A stretch of DNA of 64,000 bases from positions 23,684,001 to 23,748,000 of the forward strand of contig OZ360245.1 of NCBI GenBank assembly GCA_977017645.1. Reading direction: 5' to 3'. The notes under the pieces were generated by a model. It saw only the letters and a program-made list of their open reading frames with translations. It searched no databases and was not told the DNA's origin. Of this stretch, positions 13,864 to 26,058 are shown one piece after another. Within the stretch, counting starts at the first letter, position 1. Every line of letters starts with the position of its first letter. This stretch comes from Torpedo marmorata (lineage: Eukaryota). The translations under genes and the position numbers were made by a program.

Positions 13864-13954
13864 GCCCCAAGATAACAGCAATGGAATGTCTAGAAGGAAT
13901 GGCATCTAGTTTGTATGGAGAGCTGTTCATGGTGCTAATCTCACTCATTAATAG
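13864..13954 (+). CDS. MYO18A: MYO18A exon: [31 protein letters not shown]
   Basis: tag|GCCCC...AATAG|gtgaaa, 91 nt, phase 1-2; homologous to [31 protein letters not shown]. Confidence 0.95.
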
Positions 13955-14271
13955 GTGAAACTTCCATTATTTTCACTCCTTGGCTTGACATTTAATGTTG
14001 CAGTAACTGCAAAGAAGTATGTGTGGGATAGGCTTCTTCTAAAATTCAAACAATTCATTATTTGCTTCATCTTTAAGGTACATAATTTCACTGCAATTCA
14101 TTCCTTTATATCTATAAACATCAACCATGACCGAATTTTATATATGTCATAACATTAATTCTCACATCGTCATTTTCACGTCATCCTTTTGTTGAACTCT
14201 TGATCATTTATCATTTATTTTACTTTGCATTTACTGCTGAAGCCCCATTCTATGGAATTCTTCATCTATCC

Positions 14272-14350
14272 CAGTGGTTCTCAACCTTTTTCTTTCTACT
14301 CACATACTACCTTAAATAATCCCTTACTAACCACAGAGAACCTATGGCAC
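14272..14350. mobile_element. hAT (Charlie-like) MITE terminal fragment
   Basis: Begins cagtggttctcaaccttttt, a typical hAT terminus; partner end not found. Confidence 0.45.
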
Positions 14351-14854
14351 CACTGATATAGCCCTTTGAAGACTATTCCTCTCCATCTCTCTCTCTTTGG
14401 TATTTTCCTTTAAATCCATCTGTTTGTCTAATCTTTTAGATATCCTTCCTAATGCAGCTGGCACACCTTTTCCTCCATTTATTTTTCAAATTTACTTAGA
14501 GCATTTGGGCACACTTTTTTTGTGATGCTGGATGTAATATTACTGAAAGAATGGACCATGGAGAAATATTTCAATTGCAATATCCTTCCAAATCACCTTT
14601 TTTTGTGCAAAGGACCTGCCATAGGTATTTGGTTTCTTCAGTTATGTAAATCACAGTTTTTTTTCCAGCTGTGTTTGACATGCACAGAAGTCTATGATCA
14701 CATTTAAGATTCTCTTATGAAGTTACTGAGATATCTATACTTGCAAGTTTAGTGTGGTACAATACTAAAGAGATTCAAATCTAGAAGTCAAGAAATATGT
14801 ATTGTAATCTTAATAAGGATTGGGGTTTCTGACGCTGCTTTCCATTCAAAATAG

Positions 14855-15047
14855 GGCTCTCAAATCCACTCAGCATTCACTTTGTTCCATAATGATAGTG
14901 GATACCCCCGGATTTCAGAATCCAAAGGTCACATCTCCTGAGAGAGCTGCGTCTTTTGAGGAACTCTGCCACAATTATGCACAGGAGCGCTTACAGATGC
15001 TCTTCTATGAGCGAACATTTTTGAAAGAGCTTGATCGTTATAAGGAG
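14855..15047 (+). CDS. MYO18A: MYO18A exon incl. switch II: [23 protein letters not shown]...ELDRYKE
   Basis: atag|...AAGGAG|gttcgt, 193 nt, phase 2-0; DTPGFQ and SFEELCHNY motifs. Confidence 0.96.
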
Positions 15048-15711
15048 GTTCGTTATTCATCACAGCATGTCTTAACAAATAAGTTTGAGTGTATTTTTTG
15101 CAAGCTGTGGTTTGTAAATAATAATTCAAATATTTTCAACTCAAAGTTGATGAGTTTGCATTCAATGTTCATGAATTGTGTAATGGCAAGTAAATAGATC
15201 TGCGCATTTCTTTGGGTTGTTGTAATGATACACTTTGCAATCTCTGAAATTTGGTGGTATAAGAAGTTGAAAATAATTATTGTGGAAAGGCAAAAAAAAA
15301 ACAGATGGTGAAATAAAAGTAGAGAATGTCAGGCAGCATCTAGAAGCTGAGTTAGTGACATTTTTATCAGAACTGGTTAGCAACCAATATCCATAATCCA
15401 TTGCAAGCATAGTTTTCCACAGGTACCTTCCACACACTCTTTCCTACCTTACTTCCTGAAAGGACTCTTTTCCATTCTCCCAGTTTTACTGGGTTCACCC
15501 TATCTGTTCTGTCGAAGACATTAAAATACCAGTGCTTCCAAAATGTTTTCCCTCATTTGTGATTTTTTTCCCCCCTACTCTACAGTTGACAGGGCACACA
15601 AATGTTTCCTGCACTTTTGCTCGCTTCCTCTTCTATCCAGAACAAGAAAAGGGTTCTTTTCCATCTATTCCATATTCTCAGTCTCCACGTTCAAAGGATC
15701 ATCCTTCTGTG

Positions 15712-16546
15712 ATTTCAAAAGTTCAAAGGTTCCTTTTATTGTCATGTAATAATACATTAAAAATCTAATATACATGATATACTTTTGTCTGCCGTAAGGT
15801 AAACGAGTTGCCATGAGCATCGCCTGACGCTCCTAGCCATAGGAGAAAGAGAAGCAAACGAGAGTCCCTTCAGAGTATCCATGGATTCCTCTTCAGCACT
15901 CCCACAGCTTCTGCAGCCGCACGGACTCCAGTTCAAACCATCGACAACCTGAGCTCCAGATCCAAACCTCCGATACGATAAGGAAGCCTTTTGAAGCCCT
16001 TCTTGCCCTCAGCACCCTCAAGAATCCCAGTTCCAACACCTTGTTCCCATGAGCCAGTCTCCAGCAGACTGCAGTCTGTGTGGATCTTTTGACCACAAGT
16101 CGCCAGCATCCTGCAGCCTATGTGAGTCCGACCGCAAGTCGCCTGCAGCCTGTGTGGGTCCTTCAGCCGCTGAGATCCTCGCTGGTCAGCTGGCATGGTC
16201 CTGTAGGGTTGTCTCGTATGTTTCTCCTTCTCAAATGGGGGTGTTCTCCCTGTTTCTGATGCCTGTTTCCTGTGCCGGTCTGCTGCTCCCCCAGATTCTG
16301 AACCCCTTATGGTACGCTGCCCAGCATAGGTGCTGCCATCTTGGGCTCAGACCCCATGGTCACAGGATTTAAAAATAAATACTGTTGGGTCCTTTACAGG
16401 CTGCTTAAAGCTGGTACGGATCTGTTCGCATGAGGACCGGGCAGTAGGACCCTGTGGAGCAGCGCTGCGTTTCTGCTCACCCGCTCTCCCTGGTCCGCAC
16501 CAGCGATAGCGCCACCATTACAGCAGCTCCGGCAGCGGATGCCATC
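15712..16546 (-). mobile_element. ~830-bp GC-rich repeat, copy 2
   Basis: Reverse-complement homolog of 5148-5973; the spurious ORFs share CHLG.RP.GHRI. Confidence 0.7.
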
Positions 16547-16689
16547 ACTAGATACACCTTCGCCTTCCTTTCCCTTTCAGTTTAAGGCATAATACTTTTA
16601 GTGACATTCTGGTTCACCCTTTCATCTTTAGATATACTTAATCTCCCTTCTGACTGCATGTATAGACAGAAATCAAAGGTTTGTGCGTG

Positions 16690-19540
16690 ATAGAAATTTT
16701 CTCATGTGTATTTATTTTAATGCAAGGAGTATTGTTAGAAAGGCGAACGAGCTAAGGGCATAGATTGACACGTGGGATTATGACATTATTGCTATTAGTG
16801 AGACTTGGTTCCAGGAGGGGCAGGACTGGCATCTTAACGTTCCGGGGTTCCGGGAGGGATGAAAGGGGGAGGAGCGGCATTGCTAGTCAGGGAAAATATC
16901 TCAGCTGTGCGAAGTCAGGACAGCCTGGAGGGTTTGTCTACAGAGGCCATATGGGTGGAGTTGAGGAACGGGAAAGGTGTGACCACACTGATAGGGTTGT
17001 ATTATAGACCGCCCAATAGTCAGAAAGAATTGGAGGAGAAAATCTGTAGAGAGATAGCAGACTGATGTAAGAAGCAGAAAGTTGTGATAGTAGGAGATTT
17101 TAACTTTCCAAATATTGACTGGGACTTCCATACTGTAAAAGGGCTGGATGGCTTGGAGTTTGTGAAATGTGTTCAGGTAAGTTTTACAAATCAATATATA
17201 GAGGTACCAACGAGGAAAGATGCAGTACTTGATCTCCTATTAGGGAACAAGACAGGTCAGGTGACAGATGTATGTGTAGGCGATCATTTTGGGTCCAGTG
17301 ACCATAATGTCATTAGCTTCAAGTTAATTATGGATAAGGATAAGTCTGTTCCTCATGTTGGGATTCTAAATTGGAGGAAGGCAAATTTTGTGGAAATGAG
17401 AAAGGATCTAGGAAGAGTAGATTGGGATATGTTGTTTTCTGGCAAGGGTGTATTAAGTAAGTGGATGGCCTTCAAAGGCGAAATCTTGAGAGTGCAGAGT
17501 TTGCATGTCCCTGTTAGGATTAAAGGCAAAGTTAACAGACATAGGGAACCCTGGTTTTCAAGGGATATTGGCGATCTGGTTAAGAAGAAGTGGGAGGTGT
17601 ATTGCAAGTATAGGCAACAAGGAGCTAATGAGGTACTTGAAGATTACAGAAAATGCAAGAAAATACTCAAGAAGGAAATCAGGAAGGCAAAAAGAAGACA
17701 TGAGGTTGCTCTGTCAGATAATGTGAAAGTAAACCCGAAGGGTTTCTACAAGTATATTAAGAGTAAAAGGATAGTAGGGGACAAAATTGGTCCCCTAGAG
17801 GATCAGAGTGGTCAACTATGTGTGGAGCCTCAAGTAATGGTGAAGATCTTAAACAGTTTTTTTTGCATCAGTATTTACTCAGGAAACTGGCATAGTGCAT
17901 AAAGAAGGAAGGGAAACATATGTTATGGAACATATGGAGATTAAGGAGGAGGAGGTGCTTGCTGCCTTACAGTGAATACAGGTAGATAAATCACCCGGGC
18001 CGGATATGATATTCCCTTGGACCTTGAGGGAGACTAGTGTAGAAATTGCAGGGGCTCTGGCAGATATATTCAAAATGTCCTGAGCCACGGGTGAGGTGCC
18101 AGAGGATTGGAGGGTAGCTCATGTTGTCCCGTTGTTTAAAAAAGGCTAAAAAAATAAACAAGGTAATTATAGGCCAGTGAGCCTGACGTCAGTAGTAGGT
18201 AAATTATTGGAAGGAGTTCTGAGAGATAGGATATATAGATATTTGGACAGCCATGGGCTGATTAAGGACAGTCAGCATGGCTTTGTGCGTGGTAGGTCGT
18301 GTTTAATGAATCTTGTAGTTTTTCGAGGAGGTTACCAAGAAGGTAGATGAAGGAAAGGCTGTGGATGTTGTCTACATGGACTTTAGTAAAGCCTTTGACA
18401 AGGTCCAACATGGGAGGTTAGTTCAGAAGGTTAAGACACTAGGTATCCATGGAGAGGTTGTAAACTGGATTCGAAATTGGCTGTGTGGGAGAAAACAGAG
18501 AGTGGTAGTGGATGGTTGCTTCTCAGACTGGAGGCCTGTGAATAGTGGTGTGCCTCAGGGATCTGTGTTGGGACCATTGTTGTTTATTGTATATATCAAT
18601 GATCTGGATGATAATGTGGTAAATTGGATCAGCAAGTTTGCTGATGACACAAAGATAGGAGGCGTTGTGGACAGCGAGGAAGATTTTCAAAGCTTGCAGA
18701 GGGATCTGGACCAACTGGGAGAATGGGCCAAAAAATGGCAGATGGAGTTTAATGCAGACAAGTGTGAGGTGATGAATTTTGGAAGGGCAAAACCAAGGTA
18801 GGACATACACAGTAAATGGTAGGGCACCGAGGAGAGCAGAGAGATCTGGGAATACAGATACATTGTTCCCTGAAGGTGGCGTCACAGGTGGACAGGGTTG
18901 TAAAGAAAGCTTTTGGCATCTTAGCCTTTATAAATCAAAGTATTGAGCATAGGAGTTGGGATGTTATGTTGACGTTGTTTAAGACATAGGTGAGGCAAAA
19001 TTTGGAATATTGTGTGCAGTTCTGGTCATCTAACTACAGGAAGGATATCAATAAGATTGAAAGAGTGCAGAGAAGATTTACTTGGGTGTTGCCGGGTCTT
19101 CAGGAGCTGAGTTACAGGGAAAGATTAAACAGGTTAGGACTTTATTCCTTGGAGCGAAGTAGAATGAGGGGAGATTTGATGGAGGTTTACAAAATTATGA
19201 GAGGTATAGACAGAGTGGATGCGAGTAGGCTTTTTCCACTTAGATTGGGGGAGATAAATACGAGAAGTCATAGTTTTAAGCTGAAATGGGAAAGGTTTAG
19301 GGGGAACATTAGGGGAAAGTTCTTTACTCAGAGAGTGGTGGGAGTGTGGAATGAGCTGCCATCTGATGTGGTGAATGCAGACTCGATCTTGAGTTTTAAA
19401 AATAGGATAGATACATGGATGGGAGAGGTCTGGAGGGTTATGGAATGGGAGCAGGTCAATGGGACTAGCAAAATAATGGTCGGCACAGACTAGAATGGCC
19501 GAATGGCCTGTTTTCTGTGCTGTAGCATTCTATGGTTCTC
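16690..19540 (+). mobile_element. CR1 LINE with nearly complete but disrupted ORF2 (APE endonuclease + RT)
   Basis: GLYYRPPN, GDFNFPNIDW, SDHN, DFSKAFDKV, GVPQGSVLGP, KFADDTK; ttctatggttct tail. Confidence 0.93.
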
Positions 19541-19599
19541 ATAGCACCTTTCCTTGTAGTTGAAGGAAATATACCAGTTTTCCATTTACTTCTTCCTTT

Positions 19600-20407
19600 T
19601 GTTACAAACTCAAACCAGCAACGACAGAAGACACAATGAAAAAGGGGTAAAATTGAAATTTATATTTATTAAAGACAATTAAACATATAATTTCTTACCA
19701 ATTAACCCCACTATAAACACTATTCTTATCTATAAAGAGTGTGTGTAAAGCCCAGACCATTACAGTCTGTGCCCAACCCTCATGTAAAAATGGAAAACCT
19801 TTCCAAAAACCCCCAGGTCAGTCATAAAAATAAGTCAGTCCCAAAATTATGTTCAGGGGGTCCAAATTCAGCTCTGTGTGCTGGCACGAAGGACTTCTTA
19901 ATGAACGTTGGAGAGAGAGACAATGACTGTTTAAGCTTACGAATGCTTGGCCTGCTTTTCTTCTCTGATGACTTTCCCTTTTGGTAGATACACGAGGATT
20001 GCGATTCCAAATCAGTTTTGGATTGAGGCGTATACTTGGATCTCACAGCCGGTCTCGCTGATCTCACGCCTGTTCTCCACAAAAGTTGATTTAAATCAGG
20101 ATTTTGCTGATACAGGAGGCCATGTGCTATTCTCCCAGCCTTTTCCCCTGGGAAGCACAAGCCTGGATTTTGCTGTGTTCTCCAGCCTTTGCAACTCCAA
20201 ACTGAAATGCTTTTTGCAGAGGTTTGCACCTGCTTTTGCAAAAATGCAACAAAGTATCTTTCCACAGCCTGTCTCTCTCTCTCTCTCTCTCTGGGCCGTC
20301 ATGGGAAAGTTAACTCTTTTAGTACCAGGTCCCAGTGTGGACTCCAAAACACTTCATCCTTCCTGCTGACCGTCCACAGTCCAAATGGTCAGTCATGGTC
20401 CTTAACA
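19600..20407 (-). mobile_element. Solo LTR related to the Gypsy element at 42525-49350
   Basis: TGTTACA...TTAACA termini; long stretches shared with both LTRs; imperfect 4-bp flank duplication (cttt/cctt). Confidence 0.9.
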
Positions 20408-20800
20408 CCTTCCATTATACAGGAACTCAAACACACCTTCTGGGTGAAGCACTTGTATTCCTTTCTATTCAGTGTACTACTGTAACCTTAATTCAGTGTG
20501 TAGGAATTTCTCTTTTATTGTAGTTAGCTGTCATTTAAATTCTCACCCATACTTCCACTCTAACCTCTCAGCCTTTTGAACTCACAGTAGCAACTAAGCC
20601 AATTTTAAGATCAAAGAATAATATCTTCTCCAAAGTAGAAGCTTGTTGACCTGAAGTGTTACCATTTATGCTACCTCATCTAATGGTTATTTTCAGAATT
20701 CTCTTCTGTTGTTAATATCTTGGCATTTAAAATATCTATACCAATGGTGAAAGAGTTGAAATTTTAGTCAGAATTATGCTATTTCCTCTGTCCCATACAG

Positions 20801-20887
20801 GAAAACATAGAAATTGAATTTGATGAAGTAGAATCCACCTGTCCTTTTTCTGTAGGTGCCATAGATCATACCTCTCATCAAGCTCTG
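20801..20887 (+). CDS. MYO18A: MYO18A exon: ENIEIEFDEVESTCPFSVGAIDHTSHQAL
   Basis: cag|GAAAAC...CTG|gtaaga, 87 nt, phase 0-0; homologous to ENIELAFDDLE...DQASHQSL. Confidence 0.93.
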
Positions 20888-20988
20888 GTAAGAAACTGAG
20901 GCATGAGGATTTAAACATTAAATGGCATATAATTATTTGTATGTTTTATGGTTGAAATGTAGTGGTTAAAATTTTTCTTGTTTTCCAG

Positions 20989-21009
20989 GACCATGCACAC
21001 CATAAAGAT
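20989..21009 (+). CDS. MYO18A: MYO18A candidate 21-nt alternative microexon (DHAHHKD)
   Basis: atttttcttgttttccag|GACCATGCACACCATAAAGAT|gtatga; phase 0-0, frame-preserving, stop-free. Confidence 0.55.
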
Positions 21010-21035
21010 GTATGACTTAATAACCCTATCGAAAA

Positions 21036-22710
21036 ATAAGAACATAACATGTAGGACAGGAGTAGGCCTGTTGAGCCTGCTCTGCTATCCAATAAGATCA
21101 TTGCTGCTCTGGTTGTTGAATGAGCTACGCCAACCTGCCTGTTACCCATAATCCTTAATTCCCCTATTATTCAAAAATCCATCTACCTGTGTCTTAAAAA
21201 CATTTAATGACGCTGCCTCTCCTGCTTCCTTGGGCAGAGAATTCCACTGATTCACTACTCTCTGGGAGATGCAGTTCCTCATCTCCGTCTTAAATCTACT
21301 CCCCTGAATTTTTAGGCCATATCTCTTCGTTGTAATCTCACCTGCTAGTGGAAACAAACGCCAGGCTTCTATTTTATCTATTCCTTTCATATTTTATATG
21401 TTTCTATAAGATCTCCCTCATCCTTCTAAACTCAAATGAGCATAGTCCCAGGCGACTCGATCTCTTCTCATAAGCTAATCCTCTCATTTCCAGAATCAAC
21501 CTGGGAAACCTCCTTTGCACTGTCTCCTGAGTTATTATATCCTTCCAGTAAGTAGACCAGAATTCATACCATACTGAAGGTCCAGCGTCACCAGTCCCCT
21601 GTACAGTTGCAGCAGAACCTCCCTGCTCTTAAATTCAATCCCTTCAGCAATGAAGGCAAACATTGCATTTGCCTTTTTGATTCTCTGCTGCACCTGCAAA
21701 CTAATCTTTTCTGAGTCATATACAAGCATTCCCGGTTTTCCTGCACAACAGCATGCTGCGATTTTTCACTGTTTAAATAGTTGTCTGATATGATATTTTT
21801 CCTTCCAAAGTGGATGATCTCACATTTACCAAGGTTGTACTCCATCTGCCAGACCTTGCCCACTCACTTGTCCCATCTATATCTCTCTCTTTGTGCAATT
21901 TTCTTTTCCACTCAATTTTGTGTCATCACCAAATTTAGATGTGATACACATGGTCTCCTCCCCCAAGTCATTTATGTATATTGTGAACAGTTGTGGGCCC
22001 AGCACAGATCACTGCAGCACTCCGCTAACCACCAATTGCCAACCAGAGAAACATCCATTTTTACCAACTCGCTGTCTTCTATTGTTTGACCTGCTGAGTT
22101 TCTCCAGCTTTTTGTGTTTTTGCTCACCTTTTCTTTCCCCTCCCCCTTTCCAGTCTTTCCAGTTCTCCCCTCCCTTCCCCCTCTACCCACCCAACCATCC
22201 CTCCTCCCCCTGATCGCTGCTGTCCCCTCCCTCCCTTCTCCACCTATCATCTTCTGCCTTTGCCACCCCCCCCTTCCCCCCTTATCTTTTTGTTCGGACG
22301 CTTGCCGACATTCTCTCATACCTTAATGATGGGCTCAAGCCCGAAATGTCGGTTACGTATTTTTACCTTTGCTACATAAAGGACACTGTTTGACCTGCTG
22401 AGTTTCTCCAGCTTTTTGTTTTTTTACTGTGTCTTCTATTGGTTAACCATGGTAATACATTACCCCCAACTACTGGTTAACCATGCTAATATATTACCCC
22501 CAATTCCATGCATCCTTTTGCAGAAGTATTTTGTATGGCACATGGACAAGCGCCTTCTGGAAATCCAAGTGCACCACATCCACCTGTTCCGCTCTGTCCA
22601 TTGCTCTGGTTATATACTCCAATAACTTCAGTAAATTAGTTAAACATGACCTGCCCTTCCTAAATCAATGCTGCAACTGCCCAGGGCAACAGCTTCTATC
22701 CAGATGTCTC
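21036..22710 (-). mobile_element. CR1 LINE fragment, degraded
   Basis: VWQMEYNLGKCEIIHFGRKN and RVVNQWNSLP remnants. Confidence 0.88.
22085..22429. mobile_element. Penelope-like terminal fragment inserted in CR1
   Basis: tttgacctgctgagtttctccagctttttgt repeated at both ends; flanked by the 12-bp TSD TGTCTTCTATTG (22073-22084, 22430-22441). Confidence 0.7.
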
Positions 22711-23360
22711 TTTGTACTTTTCTCCTCCATTGGCAGTTTGAGGAAAGAGGCACAGTTACCATTGAGCTACCCAATATTTTGTTGAGGAACCAACAAATTC
22801 TTGTCTGTTCTTAATTTATATCCCTCTATTCCTTGAAGGGGCAAAAGAGAAACGTGCAAAATGAGATGGTTGGAAGTGTATTTCCCTTTCATTTATATGG
22901 AAATGCAATAAACATTTTAATCTATAAATTTAAAAAAGTCAAAGGCAAATTTTTGATATGTTTGAGAATGCAAAATACTCATGAAACAACTTTTGTCTTG
23001 ATAAAGAAACGATCTGACTTTATAATTATGGGAGGCATCCTCCATTTCACATATTGTTATGTGTCTTCGATTATATGGTCATTAATTAATTAAGCCTGAT
23101 TCTATCAAAAAATATTTAATGAGCCATTAGCATTACTGTTAATGTACTTTTTGTAAAGTATTTGTGTCTGTGTGCATATGTTCTGGATGCAATAAAATCT
23201 ACTTTGCATTCAGATTTGAGAGAAAGCAATCCCTGCTTCTTTGGGAAATAGGTATGTCTGCTGAATTCTTGAGTGAATGAAAATATGATATATATCATAG
23301 AGCTATGAAATATTATAATTTGGAGAACGCTTTTCAGAAATAGTACACCTCCCCTGGTAG

Positions 23361-23502
23361 GTTCGAACGTTGGCGAGGACAGATGAAGCAAGAGGATTAC
23401 TTTGGTTGCTGGATGAAGAAGCGCTAAAACCTGATGGAAGTGAAGACACACTTTTAGAGCGACTGTTTACATACTATGGTCGACCAGATGGAGACAAAAA
23501 TG
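23361..23502 (+). CDS. MYO18A: MYO18A exon: [47 protein letters not shown]
   Basis: tag|GTTCGA...AATG|gtgcat, 142 nt, phase 0-1; GLLWLLDEE myosin motif. Confidence 0.94.
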
Positions 23503-24043
23503 GTGCATTATCTTATCTAAAATAATTAACGTAAAACTTTTATTATTTTATTTACTGTGTATGTTTGAAAGAGGCGATGAAGAGTAGGTAGTTGTCAACT
23601 TCTATACTAATGAGATTTGATTGTATGTTCTTTCAATAATGTTTATTTTTCAAAATAGTGTTTGTTGACATTTGTACTTCTATATTTGTTGATATTTTTC
23701 TAAACTTAAAGCACTTAGTAAAATACAACACTGTAGCATTGGAATATATAGGGTTTCAAAACTTGTCCTTCATGATTTACCAATTTAAATTTTATACCCA
23801 AGAAAAGTGTTTTCTTTAATCAAATTTTCCCAGAAAAATGAGCAATTTAAGACACTGTTGCAAGATATGAACCAATTTTTAATAAACAGTAAATTCTAAG
23901 CAATGAAACAGAAAAAATATATTGAATGCATGCCAATGAAAGGTACAGAAATGCAATTTTGATTTGTCTTAGAATAACTATTTTTCATTGCATGTGAATA
24001 AGAAGGGAGAAAATGCATAAACCAGTTTATTTCCTTTTTAAAG

Positions 24044-24203
24044 GTCAAAGTCCATTGCTGAAAAGCAACAAGCGGAATCATTTCATCCTAGGCCATTGCT
24101 ACAATACCAGTTGGGTGGAGTATGACACAACAGGCTGGTTAAATTATGCAAAACAGAACCCTGCTGTTCAAAATGCTGTTACCCTACTTCAAGACTCTCA
24201 GAA
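24044..24203 (+). CDS. MYO18A: MYO18A exon: [54 protein letters not shown]
   Basis: aag|GTCAAA...CAGAA|gtaaga, 160 nt, phase 1-2. Confidence 0.95.
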
Positions 24204-25961
24204 GTAAGAACTAGTTTTCATTAAAATGTATTTGTTAGTGTTTGGAAGAAGCAACGTTGATGTTTTACTTCTTTTGTAAAGATTGTTTTGAATTTTGTTC
24301 TGATTTTTAAAAAAATTATAGTACAATAGAGTCAGTTGTACTGCACAGAAATGGGGCCTTTTGCCCAACTCGTCCATGCCAACCATGGTGCCTTCTTGAG
24401 CCTGTCCTATTTGCCTCCATTTGACCCATATCCCTCAAAACTATTCCTATCCATGAATCTGTGCAAATGTCTTTGAAAACATTGTAATTATACTGGCCTC
24501 TACCACTTCCTCTGGTAGCTCATTCCATATATCCGCTACACTGTGTGAAAAAATGTCTGCTTTGCATCATCCTCTCTCACCCTAAACCTATGCCATAAGA
24601 CATAGGAGCAGAATTAGGCCATATGACCCATTGAATCCACCCTGCCATTCCATCATGGCTGATATACTATCCTTTTCAAACCCATTCCTGCTTTCTTCCA
24701 GTAACCATTAATTCCCTTCCTAATCAACTTATCTACCTCTATCTTAAATATACCCAATGACAGCCTTCACAGCTGTCCGTGGCAATGAACTCCATAGATT
24801 TACCACCCACTGGGTGAAGTAATTCCTCCTTATCTCTGTTCTAAAGGGATGTTTTTGTATTCTGAGGTGGTTCCCTCTGGTCCCAGACTCCCCCACCATA
24901 GGAAACATCTTCACGTCCACTCTGTCTACTCCTTTCAGTATTCGATAGGTTTTAATGAAATCCCTTTCCTTCTCCCCCCCCCCCCCCCCCATTCTTCTAA
25001 ACTCCCAGAACCATCAAATGCTCCTGATATGATAACCCATTTATTCCAGGGATCATTTTAGTGCACCTCCTCTGGACCCTCTCTAATACCAACACATCCT
25101 TCCTCAGATAAGGAGCCCAAAACTGCTCACAATACTCCAACGACTTACAAAGCCTCAACATTGCATCTCTGCTTTTATACTCTATCCCTCCCAAAATGAA
25201 TGCTCTCATTGCATTTGCCTTCCTTACCACTGATTTTACTTGCAAGTTAACCTTGAAGGAACCTTGCACAAGGTCTCTCAAGTCCTTCTGAACTTGTTGT
25301 CTGTTTAGAAAATAGTCTACACCTTTATTCGTTCCACCAAAGTGCATGATGAGACACTTCTCTACACTGTATTCCATCTGCCATTTCCTTGCCCAATCTC
25401 CTAACCTGTCTTAGTCCTTCTGCAGACTCAGTGGTTCTTCAACACTACCTGCCTTTCCTCCTATCTGTATTGTCTGCAAACTTGGCCACAAAGCCATGAA
25501 TGCCATCATCCAAATCATTGACATAACGTGAAAATAAATGGTCCCAGCACTGAGCCTTGTGGAACACCATTAGTCACTGGCATCAACCAGAAAAGTTCCC
25601 TTTATCCCCACTCTTTGCCTCCTGCCAGTCAGCCAATCTTCTATCCATGCTAATATCTTTCCTGTAATGCTATGGGCTCTTGTTCAGCATTGCTCAGCAG
25701 CTTCATTTGTGGTACCTTGTCAAAGGCCTTCTGACAGTCCCAGTAAACAACATCCACTGACTCTCCTTTGTCTGGCCTTCCTGTTATTTCCTCAAAGAAT
25801 TCCGACAGGTTTGTCAGGCTAGATTTCCCCTGAAGGAAACCATGCTGAATTCTGCCTGTTTTAGCATGTGGCTCCAAATGCTCTGACACTTCTTTGTTGA
25901 TAATATCATCTTGCTAACCACTGAAATTATAGGATGACCAACCTATAATTTCCTGTCTTTT

Positions 25962-25962
25962 G

Positions 25963-26025
<63 letters not shown>
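25962..26025. repeat. (CT)n microsatellite
   Basis: Direct inspection. Confidence 0.95.
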
Positions 26026-26029
<4 letters not shown>

Positions 26030-26058
26030 CCCCCCAACTCCAGAATCCAGTCATTCTT

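Larger units (their letters stand above)
15380..20500 (+). mobile_element. Old Penelope-like relic split by three younger insertions
   Basis: Degenerate segments at about 15380-15710, 16547-16650, 19541-19599 and 20408-20500 (ttccattctcccagtttt..., aaacacaccttctgggtgaagca) read as one element from recalled chondrichthyan Penelope sequence. Confidence 0.45.
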
